From positions 9,380-73,379 of the forward strand of contig DATKQS010000006.1 in NCBI GenBank assembly GCA_035532555.1: a stretch of 64,000 nt of DNA, in the 5' to 3' direction. Under the pieces are notes generated by a model. That model saw nothing but the letters and a program-made list of their open reading frames with translations. It was not told where the DNA came from and ran no database searches. Position 1 is the stretch's first letter; every line of letters begins with the position of its first letter. Origin of the DNA: Thermoplasmata archaeon. GTDB lineage: Archaea > Thermoplasmatota > Thermoplasmata > Lutacidiplasmatales > UBA184. A program made the position numbers and the translations under genes. Of the stretch, positions 30,094 through 38,844 are shown piece by piece.

Positions 30094-30503
30094 TCAGACC
30101 CTGGGAGCAACTCGAATCCGGCCTGCCGGAAGTCGGAGTCGAATCCAAACGCGAGCCGGATCCCGAGCGCCTGCATGGTCACAAAGCTCAGACAGTCGGT
30201 CAGACTCCAGCGCTTATCGGGGCGACTGAGAAGAGTGTCCCAGGCGGTCCAGAATCGATCGGGAGTCGTCCAGACGACTTGGACGCTCTCGCTCGCGGTC
30301 AGGATTCCGCGGAACTCTCGGACGAGGTGGCCCGGACCGCGTTGCCGCAGGTAGGTCACGGCCTCGTCCAGCACATAGTCGGTAGTTACGAGGCGGCCGT
30401 GGACGCCACGGGCAAGCTCCCCCTGGAACGCACGTGCCCGCCGATGGAATCCGTCCCGTTGGTCCAGCAACGCGATCCACGCGCCGGAATCGATGAATAT
30501 CAT
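30090..30503 (-). CDS. vapC: VapC/PIN-domain toxin
   Basis: IFIDSGAWIA, VLDEAVT, SLTDCLSF, AFGFDSDF. Confidence 0.93.
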   Translation of the reverse strand: MIFIDSGAWIALLDQRDGFHRRARAFQGELARGVHGRLVTTDYVLDEAVTYLRQRGPGHLVREFRGILTASESVQVVWTTPDRFWTAWDTLLSRPDKRWSLTDCLSFVTMQALGIRLAFGFDSDFRQAGFELLPGSE

Positions 30504-30739
30504 CGCTTCCGGTGGTAGAGCAGCTTGTCGTGGTCGCGGGACCCCCAGGTTGTCTTTCCACTCACCCGAATCAGCGGGAAGGAGTGGAACACCGGATCCT
30601 GAGGGTTCACCCGGTCGGGCAGAAGGTGGGCACGGAGTGCTTCGCGCGCGACCTCCTTCATGGTCTTTCCCTCGGCTGCGGCCCGATGTCGCAGGAGCTG
30701 GTACTCCTCCTCACCCACCGCGGTCTGCACGAGTTTCAT
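30500..30739 (-). CDS. Ribbon-helix-helix antitoxin (VapB-type)
   Basis: MKLVQT beta strand followed by two helices, SRDHDKLLY tail; ATGA overlap with vapC. Confidence 0.85.
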   Translation of the reverse strand: MKLVQTAVGEEEYQLLRHRAAAEGKTMKEVAREALRAHLLPDRVNPQDPVFHSFPLIRVSGKTTWGSRDHDKLLYHRKR

Positions 30740-30743
30740 GGTT

Positions 30744-30773
30744 CATGTTACATGTAACATGGTCTATATGACC
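30744..30773. promoter_or_regulatory. vapBC operator/promoter
   Basis: Perfect 18-bp palindrome CATGTTACATGTAACATG (30744-30761), then GGTC-TATAT-GACC containing the TATA box. Confidence 0.75.
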
Positions 30774-30943
30774 TGGAGGACCCGTCATTCGATGCGGGTA
30801 CACGGCGCAGATTCACCCCGCTCTCGCGGTGGGTCGTCGAACCTGCGCCGACCTCCTCCGGCTCACGGCGACATCAGCGCGAAGGGGTAATGCGATCCCA
30901 AGCAGGCTCGCCTCGGAACACAGTGTCCCGACGACCGTACGAA

Positions 30944-31015
30944 TGGACACGGGGGGATTTGAACCCCCGACCTCTGCTTTGCGAAAGCAGCGATCTTCCG
31001 CTGATCTACGTGCCC
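30944..31015 (-). tRNA. tRNA-Ala(CGC)
   Basis: Acceptor GGGCACG/CGTGTCC with G3:U70, anticodon arm CTGCT-TTCGCAA-AGCAG, T arm GGGGG-TTCAAAT-CCCCC. Confidence 0.97.
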
Positions 31016-31084
31016 GCAGTCGCGGAGGAGGACGTGGGCCCCTTAAGAATTGCCCGTGCGCGTGGACCTTCCTACAATCCCGCG

Positions 31085-31660
31085 CTACTTCGGCGCCGAC
31101 GGCTCGCCCCGGAGGAGGCGCGTCCATGCGACGAAGGCGACCAAGAGCGCCCGCACGTGCTCCCGCGCATCCGAGTCCGTCAGATTCCCCTGCGCATCGA
31201 ACTTCTTGGAGTTGAACGTCACCTGCACCTCGGGCTGGGAGAGCGGATGCATGTTCAGCGTGACGAACGACTGGCGCAAGTGCAGCTGGGCCCGGCCCGT
31301 GCCCATCATGCCCACCGAGGCCCCGATCATCGCCACGGGTTTGTCCGGCCAAACGTTGTCGGTCGGGGGCCGCGATGCCCAATCGATCGCGTTCTTGAGG
31401 ACGCCGGCAACACTGTAATTGTACTCGGGCACCGCGAAGAGGATGGCGTCCGCCGCGCGGACTTTCGACTTGAACGATCGCACCGCATCGACCGGGGCAA
31501 GCTCCTCGTCCTGGTTGTACGGTGGGATCCCATGCAAGGTGACGATCTCGAGCTCGGTGTCCGGCGGCAGGACTCCGGCTGCCGCTCGCAATAGCCCGGT
31601 GTTCGTGGAATGCGTACGCAGGCTACCGGAGATCCCTAGGATGTGCACGGTGCTCGGCAT
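31085..31660 (-). CDS. NAD(P)H-dependent FMN reductase (SsuE/ChrR family)
   Basis: GISGSLR..STN, PEYNYSVAGVLKNAIDWASR, RAQLHLRQ. Confidence 0.93.
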   Translation of the reverse strand: MPSTVHILGISGSLRTHSTNTGLLRAAAGVLPPDTELEIVTLHGIPPYNQDEELAPVDAVRSFKSKVRAADAILFAVPEYNYSVAGVLKNAIDWASRPPTDNVWPDKPVAMIGASVGMMGTGRAQLHLRQSFVTLNMHPLSQPEVQVTFNSKKFDAQGNLTDSDAREHVRALLVAFVAWTRLLRGEPSAPK

Positions 31661-31747
31661 CGCGTCGTCCTCGGGAGCAGGAGAGACCCGCGGGTTTTAA
31701 CCCCGGCCCCTGCCACGAGATCCGGCGCAGAGACGGGCGCTGTCGAT

Positions 31748-32347
31748 TCAACATACCGCGAGCGCGGCGGACGTGGCTCGCGGCGGCGACCGGTCGGTCC
31801 CGTCGCTCGCCGTGGACGGGCCCGACCCGGGACCCGCCGGGCGGCTCGACGAGGTAGGGGGAGCGCGGGGGGGAGCCGTGCGGCGGATCGCGACCACCAG
31901 ATGATCGTCGGCATCGTACCGGAAGAGTTCCGCGTACCGTCCCCAATTGACGATGTTCTGGACGACCTCATCGGACGGGGCCGTCGTGAACTCGACGAGG
32001 CGCAGGAGCTCGGAATCGGTGAGCCGGTGCCCCGGTGCGCTCTCAAGGGCGCGCATGAGCGTTCGGAACAGAGTGGTGCGGCGCAACTGGTCCCGCACGA
32101 CGGCCTTGCGTTCCCGGATCGTCCCGGCGAGGAAGCGGCGTCCGGTATCCGTCAGCGTCGAGCGGCCGTCGTTCACCTGGACGAAGTCGAGCGCCTCGGC
32201 GAAGTCGAGCGACGGAAGGATCTCGTCGATCTCCAGGTCGAGGTCGTCGGCGAGGCGAGCGACGTCCTCGTCCCCCTTGTGGGAATCCAGCAGTACCAAC
32301 AGGCCCGTCATTTCGCTCGGGGAACATTTGGGATAGGTTGTCGGCAC
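31748..32347 (-). CDS. Stand-alone 'AAA-associated' domain of NitT/TauT-type ABC ATPases
   Basis: GLL.LL...DVARLADDLDLEIDEILP...LTDTGRRF...NWGRYAELFRYD; downstream of the ATPase. Confidence 0.8.
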   Translation of the reverse strand: MPTTYPKCSPSEMTGLLVLLDSHKGDEDVARLADDLDLEIDEILPSLDFAEALDFVQVNDGRSTLTDTGRRFLAGTIRERKAVVRDQLRRTTLFRTLMRALESAPGHRLTDSELLRLVEFTTAPSDEVVQNIVNWGRYAELFRYDADDHLVVAIRRTAPPRAPPTSSSRPAGPGSGPSTASDGTDRSPPRATSAALAVC

Positions 32348-32387
32348 GGTCGCTCTCTACAGACTGGTGTGTCTACGGAAAATTGGT

Positions 32388-33227
32388 CTATAAGGATTCG
32401 TGCTCGGGCGCTCCGGTACTCGGTGCGCTCGGCAGGGCTGTCCCCTTCGCCGCAGGTCCGTTCGGGGCGCTGGGTCCTTCCGTGATGAGGGAGTAGACCC
32501 GGTCCGTCAGCTCGTAGAACGCCTCCGACTTGCGGTCCCGGGGCCGCGGCAACTCGACCCGGACGTCCGCGAGAACGTGCGCCGGTCGGTGCGACAGGAC
32601 GAGGACCCGATCGGCGAGGAGGATCGCCTCCTCGATGTTATGGGTGACCAGCAGCACGGCGTCCGGGGGCAGCTGCGGGTCCCTCCACAGCTGCAGAACC
32701 TCCTCTCGGAGCCCCTCGGCGGTGAGCGGGTCGAGGGCGCTGAACGGTTCATCCATCAACAGGACGGCCGGCTCGACCGCGAGCGCCCGCGCGAGCCCGA
32801 CCCGCTGGCGCATGCCGCCGGAGAGCTCGCGCGGGTAGGCCTCCTCGAACCCCACGAGCCCGGTCACGGAGATGTACCGCTCGACCGACGCGGCCGTGCG
32901 GGCGCGATCCCAGCCGAGCGCCTCCAGCCCGAAGGCCACGTTCTGCTGGACGGTGAGCCACGGATAGAGCGCGAAGTTCTGGAAGACCATCGCCATGCCC
33001 GGGATGACGCCCTGGACGGGGCGATCCCGAAAGCGGATCTCCCCGGCGGTCGTGCGATCCAGCCCCTGGACCAGGCGCAGGAGCGTCGACTTTCCGCACC
33101 CGGACGGCCCGACGATCGCCAGGAAGTCCGAATCCGCGACGTCGAAGGAGATGTCCTGCATGATCATCATGGTCCCGTGGCGGCCGGGATAGCTCTTGTC
33201 CACGTGCTGGACCTGGATCAGCACCAT
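32388..33227 (-). CDS. ABC transporter ATP-binding protein (NitT/TauT family)
   Basis: GPSGCGKST, VFQNFALYPW, LSGGMRQR, MDEPFSALD, VTHNIEEA. Confidence 0.95.
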   Translation of the reverse strand: MVLIQVQHVDKSYPGRHGTMMIMQDISFDVADSDFLAIVGPSGCGKSTLLRLVQGLDRTTAGEIRFRDRPVQGVIPGMAMVFQNFALYPWLTVQQNVAFGLEALGWDRARTAASVERYISVTGLVGFEEAYPRELSGGMRQRVGLARALAVEPAVLLMDEPFSALDPLTAEGLREEVLQLWRDPQLPPDAVLLVTHNIEEAILLADRVLVLSHRPAHVLADVRVELPRPRDRKSEAFYELTDRVYSLITEGPSAPNGPAAKGTALPSAPSTGAPEHESL

Positions 33228-33256
33228 CGGTCCGCTCCCTTCCCTTGCGCGCGTCC

Positions 33257-35032
33257 TCAGTCGTACCGGTACCGGTCGATCGACTTTCGGTACAGCGGTT
33301 TCCATATGAGTTCGTTGATGGCGATCACGGTCGCGACCAGGACGAGCAGGGCCGCGGTCATGAGCGGCAGCCCGAGCCCGTTCGGCTCGGCATAGCCTAG
33401 ATCGATCTGCTGACCGATCCCGAAGACCTGGAACAAGTGGCCCGGTCCGCCCTGCAGGTACTCCGCGACGATGAGCGTGTTCCAACCGCCTCCGAATGCG
33501 GTGATCGAGCCGGTCACGAGGGCGGTGAGCGTTCCGGGCAGGACGACGCGTCGGAACATCTTGCGTCGATCGAGACCGAAGGAGCGCGCCGCTTCCTCCA
33601 GGTCCGGTGGGACCGAGCGGATCCCCGCGAGCAGATTGAAGAACAGATACCAGATCATCCCGGTCATCAGCATCAGGAGCGCCGCTCCCTCCGGAGTGAT
33701 GTACGGGACGAGCTGGAAGATGATCACCGGAAAGAGCGCGGTGGCGGGGAAGGAGGCGATGATCTCGACCATCGGCAACCCTCCCCGTGCCGCGCGGGGA
33801 CTCCGCGCGAGATACGCGGCCAGCGGGAGCGCGATCGCCAGGCACAGGAGGTAGGCCGTCACCACCCGAAGGGTGGAGGCGCCCATCGCCAGCGGAAGGA
33901 GCACGATCTGGCCGCGGACGCTCGGCGCGATCGTGCCGGAGAAGACGTCATACACCGCGACCCCGAGCGCGATCAGCATGAGCCATACGATCACGAGGAG
34001 CGTTCCGAGCGCCACATAGTGTACGGCGGTCCGGACGAACGGCTTGCGCGCCCGTTCCCGCGTCGCGCGAGAGGTGAACGCCGCCAGCTGGACGAACGGG
34101 GAGCTCATCCGTGTAACCCCCGAGCGGACCCCCCGGGTGACGTAGGCCGCGGCCCGCCGGAACCGTCGCGGTCCCTCCGTCGTGCGCTCGGCGATCGATT
34201 GGCCCGCCGATGTTTGGTCGTATCGGAACCGTTCGGCCCATCGTCCGAGCGGGCGCCAGACCCCAATGTCCAGGAGCACGATGAGGACGATCAGCGGGAG
34301 GAGGCCGGCGAGGAACGCGCCCGCTCCCCCACCCGAAGCGGCGATCGACAGATAGCTGCCGATCCCCGGAAGCGGGCTCGTGCCGCTCGTCGTAAAGATC
34401 TCGGCCTCCACGAGGAAGAACCAGCCGGCCGTCCAGGACAGGACGGAGTTGTACACGAGACGGTTCACGGTCGCGGGCAGGACGACCCGGCGCAGGCGTT
34501 GGAAGCCTCGGGCGCCGAAGGAATCGGCGGCCTCTCGGAGCTCGTTCGGCAGGGTCTTCAACGATTCGTACACGCCGAAGACCATGTTCCAGGCCATGGA
34601 GGTGAAGATCAGGAAGATCGACGCGAGGTTCTCGCCGACCGGGCTACCGGGGGTGAGCGCGACGAAGAAGACGATCGCCACGGGAAAGAACCCGAGGATC
34701 GGCACGGACTGCAGGATGTCGAGGACCGGGATCATCACGCGTTCCCCGGTCCGATGGGTCGAGGCGTAGTAGCCGTAGGCGAGCGCGAAGCCCAGCGACA
34801 GGCAGTAGGCGATGAGCATCCTCGTGAACGAGAAGCTCAGATCGGCCGTCGCGGTCGGGAGGTTCGATAGGAAGCCCGAACCGTTCAACCCGAAGGAATA
34901 GACCGCGAGCGGGATCGAGATGACCGCGATCGCCCCATAGACGACCGCGGCCCGGCGCACGGTGGGATCGTTACGCGTCGATGTGCCGAGGGGCGGGAGG
35001 CCGCCCGGCCCGGAAGTCTCGGGTTGCTGCAT
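33257..35032 (-). CDS. ABC transporter permease with two fused TM domains
   Basis: LDILQSVPILGFFP, two EAA loops (ELREAADSFG, DLEEAARSFG), GGGWNTLIVAEY. Confidence 0.92.
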   Translation of the reverse strand: MQQPETSGPGGLPPLGTSTRNDPTVRRAAVVYGAIAVISIPLAVYSFGLNGSGFLSNLPTATADLSFSFTRMLIAYCLSLGFALAYGYYASTHRTGERVMIPVLDILQSVPILGFFPVAIVFFVALTPGSPVGENLASIFLIFTSMAWNMVFGVYESLKTLPNELREAADSFGARGFQRLRRVVLPATVNRLVYNSVLSWTAGWFFLVEAEIFTTSGTSPLPGIGSYLSIAASGGGAGAFLAGLLPLIVLIVLLDIGVWRPLGRWAERFRYDQTSAGQSIAERTTEGPRRFRRAAAYVTRGVRSGVTRMSSPFVQLAAFTSRATRERARKPFVRTAVHYVALGTLLVIVWLMLIALGVAVYDVFSGTIAPSVRGQIVLLPLAMGASTLRVVTAYLLCLAIALPLAAYLARSPRAARGGLPMVEIIASFPATALFPVIIFQLVPYITPEGAALLMLMTGMIWYLFFNLLAGIRSVPPDLEEAARSFGLDRRKMFRRVVLPGTLTALVTGSITAFGGGWNTLIVAEYLQGGPGHLFQVFGIGQQIDLGYAEPNGLGLPLMTAALLVLVATVIAINELIWKPLYRKSIDRYRYD

Positions 35033-35179
35033 GAGGTCTCCCGGGCATGGCCCGAAGTCGGAGGCTCCTCGGCGTATTTGTGCGGTTTGGTCGAACCGGG
35101 GTCCGAGGCCCGAGCCGCCGCGCGCCCGCGAACTCCGCGAACGGCAATCTTATCAACGCGGCCCCACTCGCATATCCGT

Positions 35180-35286
35180 AGCCCCGTAGTGTAGTGGCCA
35201 ATCATGCGGGACTCTGGATCCTGCGACGCAGGTTCGAACGCCGAGTGGGTCCGCGAATCCACGCGCCGGAAATCCTGCCGGGGCTA
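35180..35286 (+). tRNA. tRNA-Gln(CTG) with a 34-nt intron (35239-35272) at position 59/60
   Basis: Acceptor AGCCCCG/CGGGGCT, anticodon arm CGGGA-CTCTGGA-TCCTG, T stem GCAGG/CCTGC; T loop TTCGAA|T interrupted; bulge-helix-bulge present. Confidence 0.92.
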
Positions 35287-35490
35287 CTCCGAATCCTCAC
35301 GATATCCATGGTTGCGGGGGTGCTCCAGTTCGGCCAATCCGTTCGGGACCATCTCGAACGGGGCTCGCGAGGCAGGGCTTAGGACCCTGTTGCCTAGGGC
35401 ATTCGCCGGTTCAAAGGGAGGCCCGACGCACGGCGCCGGTCTCCGGAACTTCCGGCCCCCCGCATCCGACCCCACGCGGCCACCGTCTCG

Positions 35491-36423
35491 GTGAGCCCGA
35501 TGGAGAGGATCGTCGGCCCCGCCGAGATCCTTTGCCTCTCCGCCGAACACGCGGACCGTCTGTTCGATCACCTGGAGGACGCCGTGCCCACCCGGCCGAC
35601 GCTGTTCGATCTGTCGTCCCTCCGAGGGGACGAAGCGATCGTCTTCGGGGACTCCCATGGGGATTGGCGCACGGTCGAACGGGTCGTCGACCGGTACGAG
35701 GACCCGGCACGGCGACGGCTCCTGATTGGGCTCGGTGATTACCTCGATCGCACGATGGAGGATTGCGGAGCGGGCTCCGTCGCGAGCGCGCTCTACCTGC
35801 TCCAGCTCGCGGCGCGGGACCCGGATCGGGTCGTGCTCATCCAGGGAAACCACGAGACCGTACGAACGATCCCATTTAGCCCGGAATCCGTCCGGGGGGA
35901 GATCCGCGGACTCTGGGGAGACGATCCCCGACGCTACGAACGGCTGATCGACCTCATGGGACGCGGTCCCCTCGCGGCGTTCCATCCGGCGGGACCGTAC
36001 CTGGCTCACGCCGGCATTCCCACGGTGGTCGCCGGGAACGACTGGAAGGCCGACTTCGATCGGGTGGACGAGCGATTCGTCGCCGAGATCACGTGGACCG
36101 ATTGCGCGGCCTCCCGCAATCGACGAGGAGGCGTGGACCCGCTCGACGAAGCGCGTCTGACCGCGTTCCTCGCGCGCGCGGGTCTGACCTTCATGTTGCG
36201 CGGCCACGACCCGGATCTCACCGGTCGCCCCGTGTTCCACGAGCGTTGCCTCACCCTCCACACGACCCGCGTGTACGAACGCTTCGGCGGCGTGATCTAC
36301 GCGCGGATGCCCCTCGATCGACCCCGGATCACGCTCGCGGACGTCCGCGTGGAGCACGTCGAGACCGAGGGAAGGCGCTACCCGGCGCCGGGGCTCGCTC
36401 CCGAACGCGGGCCGGCCCGCTAG
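35491..36423 (+). CDS. PPP-family/calcineurin-like metallophosphoesterase
   Basis: GDSHG, GDYLDR, GNHE, HAG, RGH motifs. Confidence 0.88.
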   Translation: MSPMERIVGPAEILCLSAEHADRLFDHLEDAVPTRPTLFDLSSLRGDEAIVFGDSHGDWRTVERVVDRYEDPARRRLLIGLGDYLDRTMEDCGAGSVASALYLLQLAARDPDRVVLIQGNHETVRTIPFSPESVRGEIRGLWGDDPRRYERLIDLMGRGPLAAFHPAGPYLAHAGIPTVVAGNDWKADFDRVDERFVAEITWTDCAASRNRRGGVDPLDEARLTAFLARAGLTFMLRGHDPDLTGRPVFHERCLTLHTTRVYERFGGVIYARMPLDRPRITLADVRVEHVETEGRRYPAPGLAPERGPAR

Positions 36424-37151
36424 GGAGCTCCCCGGCTATCGCTGCCGACACTCGGCGGCGCGCGCTTGGGCAGGTACTCTCCCCGACGCTGGCCCGTGAC
36501 CGCGTAGATCGTCTTCTCTGCGATCTTGCACGCGTGGTCCGCGATCCGCTCGAAGTGTCTCGCTACGAGGAGCTCGTTCGCGATGCGCTGCGTGACGGAC
36601 GGGTCCGTACGCAGTTCCTGGATGACGATGCGATAGACCGAACGGTTCATCTCGTCGACCTGATCGTCCAGATCGAAGATCGAGCGGGCGAGGTCCCCAC
36701 GGTCGTTGGCCAGGGCGTCGAGCGCCTTCGCGACCATGCCCTCCGCCAGCCCATCCATCGATCGAAGCAGCTCTCGCAGCTCGTCCTTGTCGTAGGCGCC
36801 CTCCGGCGAGGTGAGCCACGCGATGTCGAAGCCGTACCTACCGATCCGGTCGAGGTACGTGATCACCTTGAGGACCGCGGTGGCCTCCCGGAGATCCGGC
36901 CCCATCGGCTGGGTCTTCACGATGAAGGCGACCGCCTCCCGCTCGACGTCCTGGTCGAACCGGTCGAGGCGGGCATCGCGGTCGATGACCGATTGCGCGA
37001 GGGGCAGGTCGCCGCGCTCGAACGCGAGCCACCCATCGTGGACCATCCCGAGCGCCCACTGCCCCATCTCGATGGCGTGTCCTTTCATCTGCTTCACTTC
37101 CACGTCGTGGCCGCGGGGCTCCGCCGCCGGACGGCTTCCGTTCTCGTTCAT
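36420..37151 (-). CDS. phoU: Phosphate signalling complex protein
   Basis: Two PhoU repeats (LDRIGRY, FERIADHA); ATGA overlap with pstB. Confidence 0.92.
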   Translation of the reverse strand: MNENGSRPAAEPRGHDVEVKQMKGHAIEMGQWALGMVHDGWLAFERGDLPLAQSVIDRDARLDRFDQDVEREAVAFIVKTQPMGPDLREATAVLKVITYLDRIGRYGFDIAWLTSPEGAYDKDELRELLRSMDGLAEGMVAKALDALANDRGDLARSIFDLDDQVDEMNRSVYRIVIQELRTDPSVTQRIANELLVARHFERIADHACKIAEKTIYAVTGQRRGEYLPKRAPPSVGSDSRGAP

Positions 37152-37927
37152 CCGAACCTTCCTGTGATGTACTCTTCCGTGAGCTTCTCTTTGGGTCGCT
37201 CGAACAGTTCCTCCGTGGGTCCGACCTCGATCAGCCGTCCTTGGTAGAAGTACGCCGTTCGATCGGACGCCCGCGCGGCCTGGGCGACGTTGTGCGTCAC
37301 CAGGATGATCGTGATCTCGTGGCTCAGTTCCTCGAGGGTCGCCTCGACCCGCTGGGTGGAGGCTGGGTCCAGGCTCGACGTCGCCTCGTCCAGGAGCAGC
37401 ACGCGCGGCCGCACCGCGAGCGCGCGCGCGATGCACAGGCGCTGCTGTTGGCCTCCCGAGAGGGAGAGCGCCGGCTTGTCGAGGCGGTTCTTGACCTCCT
37501 CCCACAGGCCGCTGCGTTCGAGCGAGCGTTGGACCTCTTCCTCCACGACGTCCGCCGGCTCGTGCTCGAGCCGCAGGCCGAAGGCGACGTTCTCGAAGAC
37601 GCTCATCGGGAAGACGGTCGGTCGCTGGAACACCATCCCGATCCGGCGGCGCACCAGGACGGGGTTGATACCCCTCGCGTAGATGTTCTGCCCGAGGTAG
37701 AACACCTCCCCACTGACGCTGAGCCCGGGCGACGTTTCGGTCATCCGGTTGAGGGTGCGCACGAAGGTCGTCTTCCCGCAGCCGGACGGTCCGATGATCG
37801 CGGTCAGGGACCGGGGCGGGAAGTCGATGGTGATGTCGGTGAGGATGGCGTGCTGCCGCGCCCGCACTCCAAGCCCCCGAGTGGCGAGGACGGTCCCATC
37901 GTTGGAAATGGGAGGTGGAGCGCTCAT
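37148..37927 (-). CDS. pstB: Phosphate ABC transporter ATPase
   Basis: GPSGCGKTT, LSGGQQQRLCIARALA, VTHNVAQAAR, TEEYITGRFG. Confidence 0.96.
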   Translation of the reverse strand: MSAPPPISNDGTVLATRGLGVRARQHAILTDITIDFPPRSLTAIIGPSGCGKTTFVRTLNRMTETSPGLSVSGEVFYLGQNIYARGINPVLVRRRIGMVFQRPTVFPMSVFENVAFGLRLEHEPADVVEEEVQRSLERSGLWEEVKNRLDKPALSLSGGQQQRLCIARALAVRPRVLLLDEATSSLDPASTQRVEATLEELSHEITIILVTHNVAQAARASDRTAYFYQGRLIEVGPTEELFERPKEKLTEEYITGRFG

Positions 37928-38844
37928 ACGAACAGCCCCGCGAGTCTCGTCTGGTAGCGCCATGCGACGATCCGGACGATGATGTTGATGACGATCACGA
38001 TCATCAGGAGGAGGAACGCGGCCTGGAAGGCGAGGGTGACATCGGCCGGGAGCGGGCTCGTGTACTCCGCGTAGATGACGTAGGTGAGGTAGGACGCGTA
38101 GGAGAACGGTCCTGTCGGCGCGAGGGCGCTCGGCTGGACGGTGACGATCACGGTCGCGGTCTCCCCGATGCCGAGCCCGAGGGCGAGGAAGATGCCGTTG
38201 AGGATCTGGGGCGTGACGATGGGCCGGGCCACGCGCAGGATGTAGTCGATCGGGCGTGCCCCCGCGCCGAGCGCGGCCTCTCGGATGGTGCGCGGCACGG
38301 AGGAAAAGGCAAGGTCCGCCGCGCGGAAGACGTAGGGCGTCATGAAGAACGCCGTCGTGACCGCACCGGCGATGAGGACGAGGCCCCAGCCGAAGTAGAG
38401 CACGAACACGACGAACCCCATCATCCCGATGATGATCGCCGGCATCCCGGCGAGCGTGTTGGCGGTCATGCGGACCCACGCGGCCGAGCGCTCGGAGAGG
38501 AATTCGGCGGTCGCGATGCCCCCGAAGAGGCCCAGCGTCACCGCCAGCGCGAGCGCGATGACCATGATCCACACGGTGCCCGCGATGGCCGGGAAGAGGC
38601 CGAGCGGCTGGGTCGGACCCCCCGTCGTCAAGGTCGCCCAGGTCATCGTCGGAAGGGCCTCTGCGCCGAGCCAGTAAACCATGTCGAGGATCGGGACGAT
38701 GGCCACGATGAACAGGAGCGGCAACAGGTAGCCGATGTACCGGTCGAAGCCCAGGTTCCATCGGGCGAAACGGCGGCGGGCCTGGGCGAGGTCGGCGAGG
38801 CCGACGGGCGCCATCTTCGTCTCCATGCTCGTGGCTACGGCCAT
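37924..38844 (-). CDS. pstA: Phosphate ABC transporter permease
   Basis: AIAGT, LAGMPAIIIG, REAALGAGA, GETA. Confidence 0.92.
   Translation of the reverse strand: MAVATSMETKMAPVGLADLAQARRRFARWNLGFDRYIGYLLPLLFIVAIVPILDMVYWLGAEALPTMTWATLTTGGPTQPLGLFPAIAGTVWIMVIALALAVTLGLFGGIATAEFLSERSAAWVRMTANTLAGMPAIIIGMMGFVVFVLYFGWGLVLIAGAVTTAFFMTPYVFRAADLAFSSVPRTIREAALGAGARPIDYILRVARPIVTPQILNGIFLALGLGIGETATVIVTVQPSALAPTGPFSYASYLTYVIYAEYTSPLPADVTLAFQAAFLLLMIVIVINIIVRIVAWRYQTRLAGLFV

Noticed and set aside
30803..30850. Hairpin CGGCGCAG/CTGCGCCG downstream of tRNA-Ala; similar hairpins follow tRNA-Gln at 35290-35400
   Set aside because: Isolated GC-rich stems with no second copy or recognisable motif; not distinguishable from chance or trailer structure
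4682..30965. 14-bp direct repeat GGGGGATTTGAACC (4682-4695 and within tRNA-Ala 30952-30965) as attL/attR of an integrated element
   Set aside because: The intervening 26 kb holds housekeeping genes and a tRNA, there is no integrase, and the match is a generic T-arm sequence
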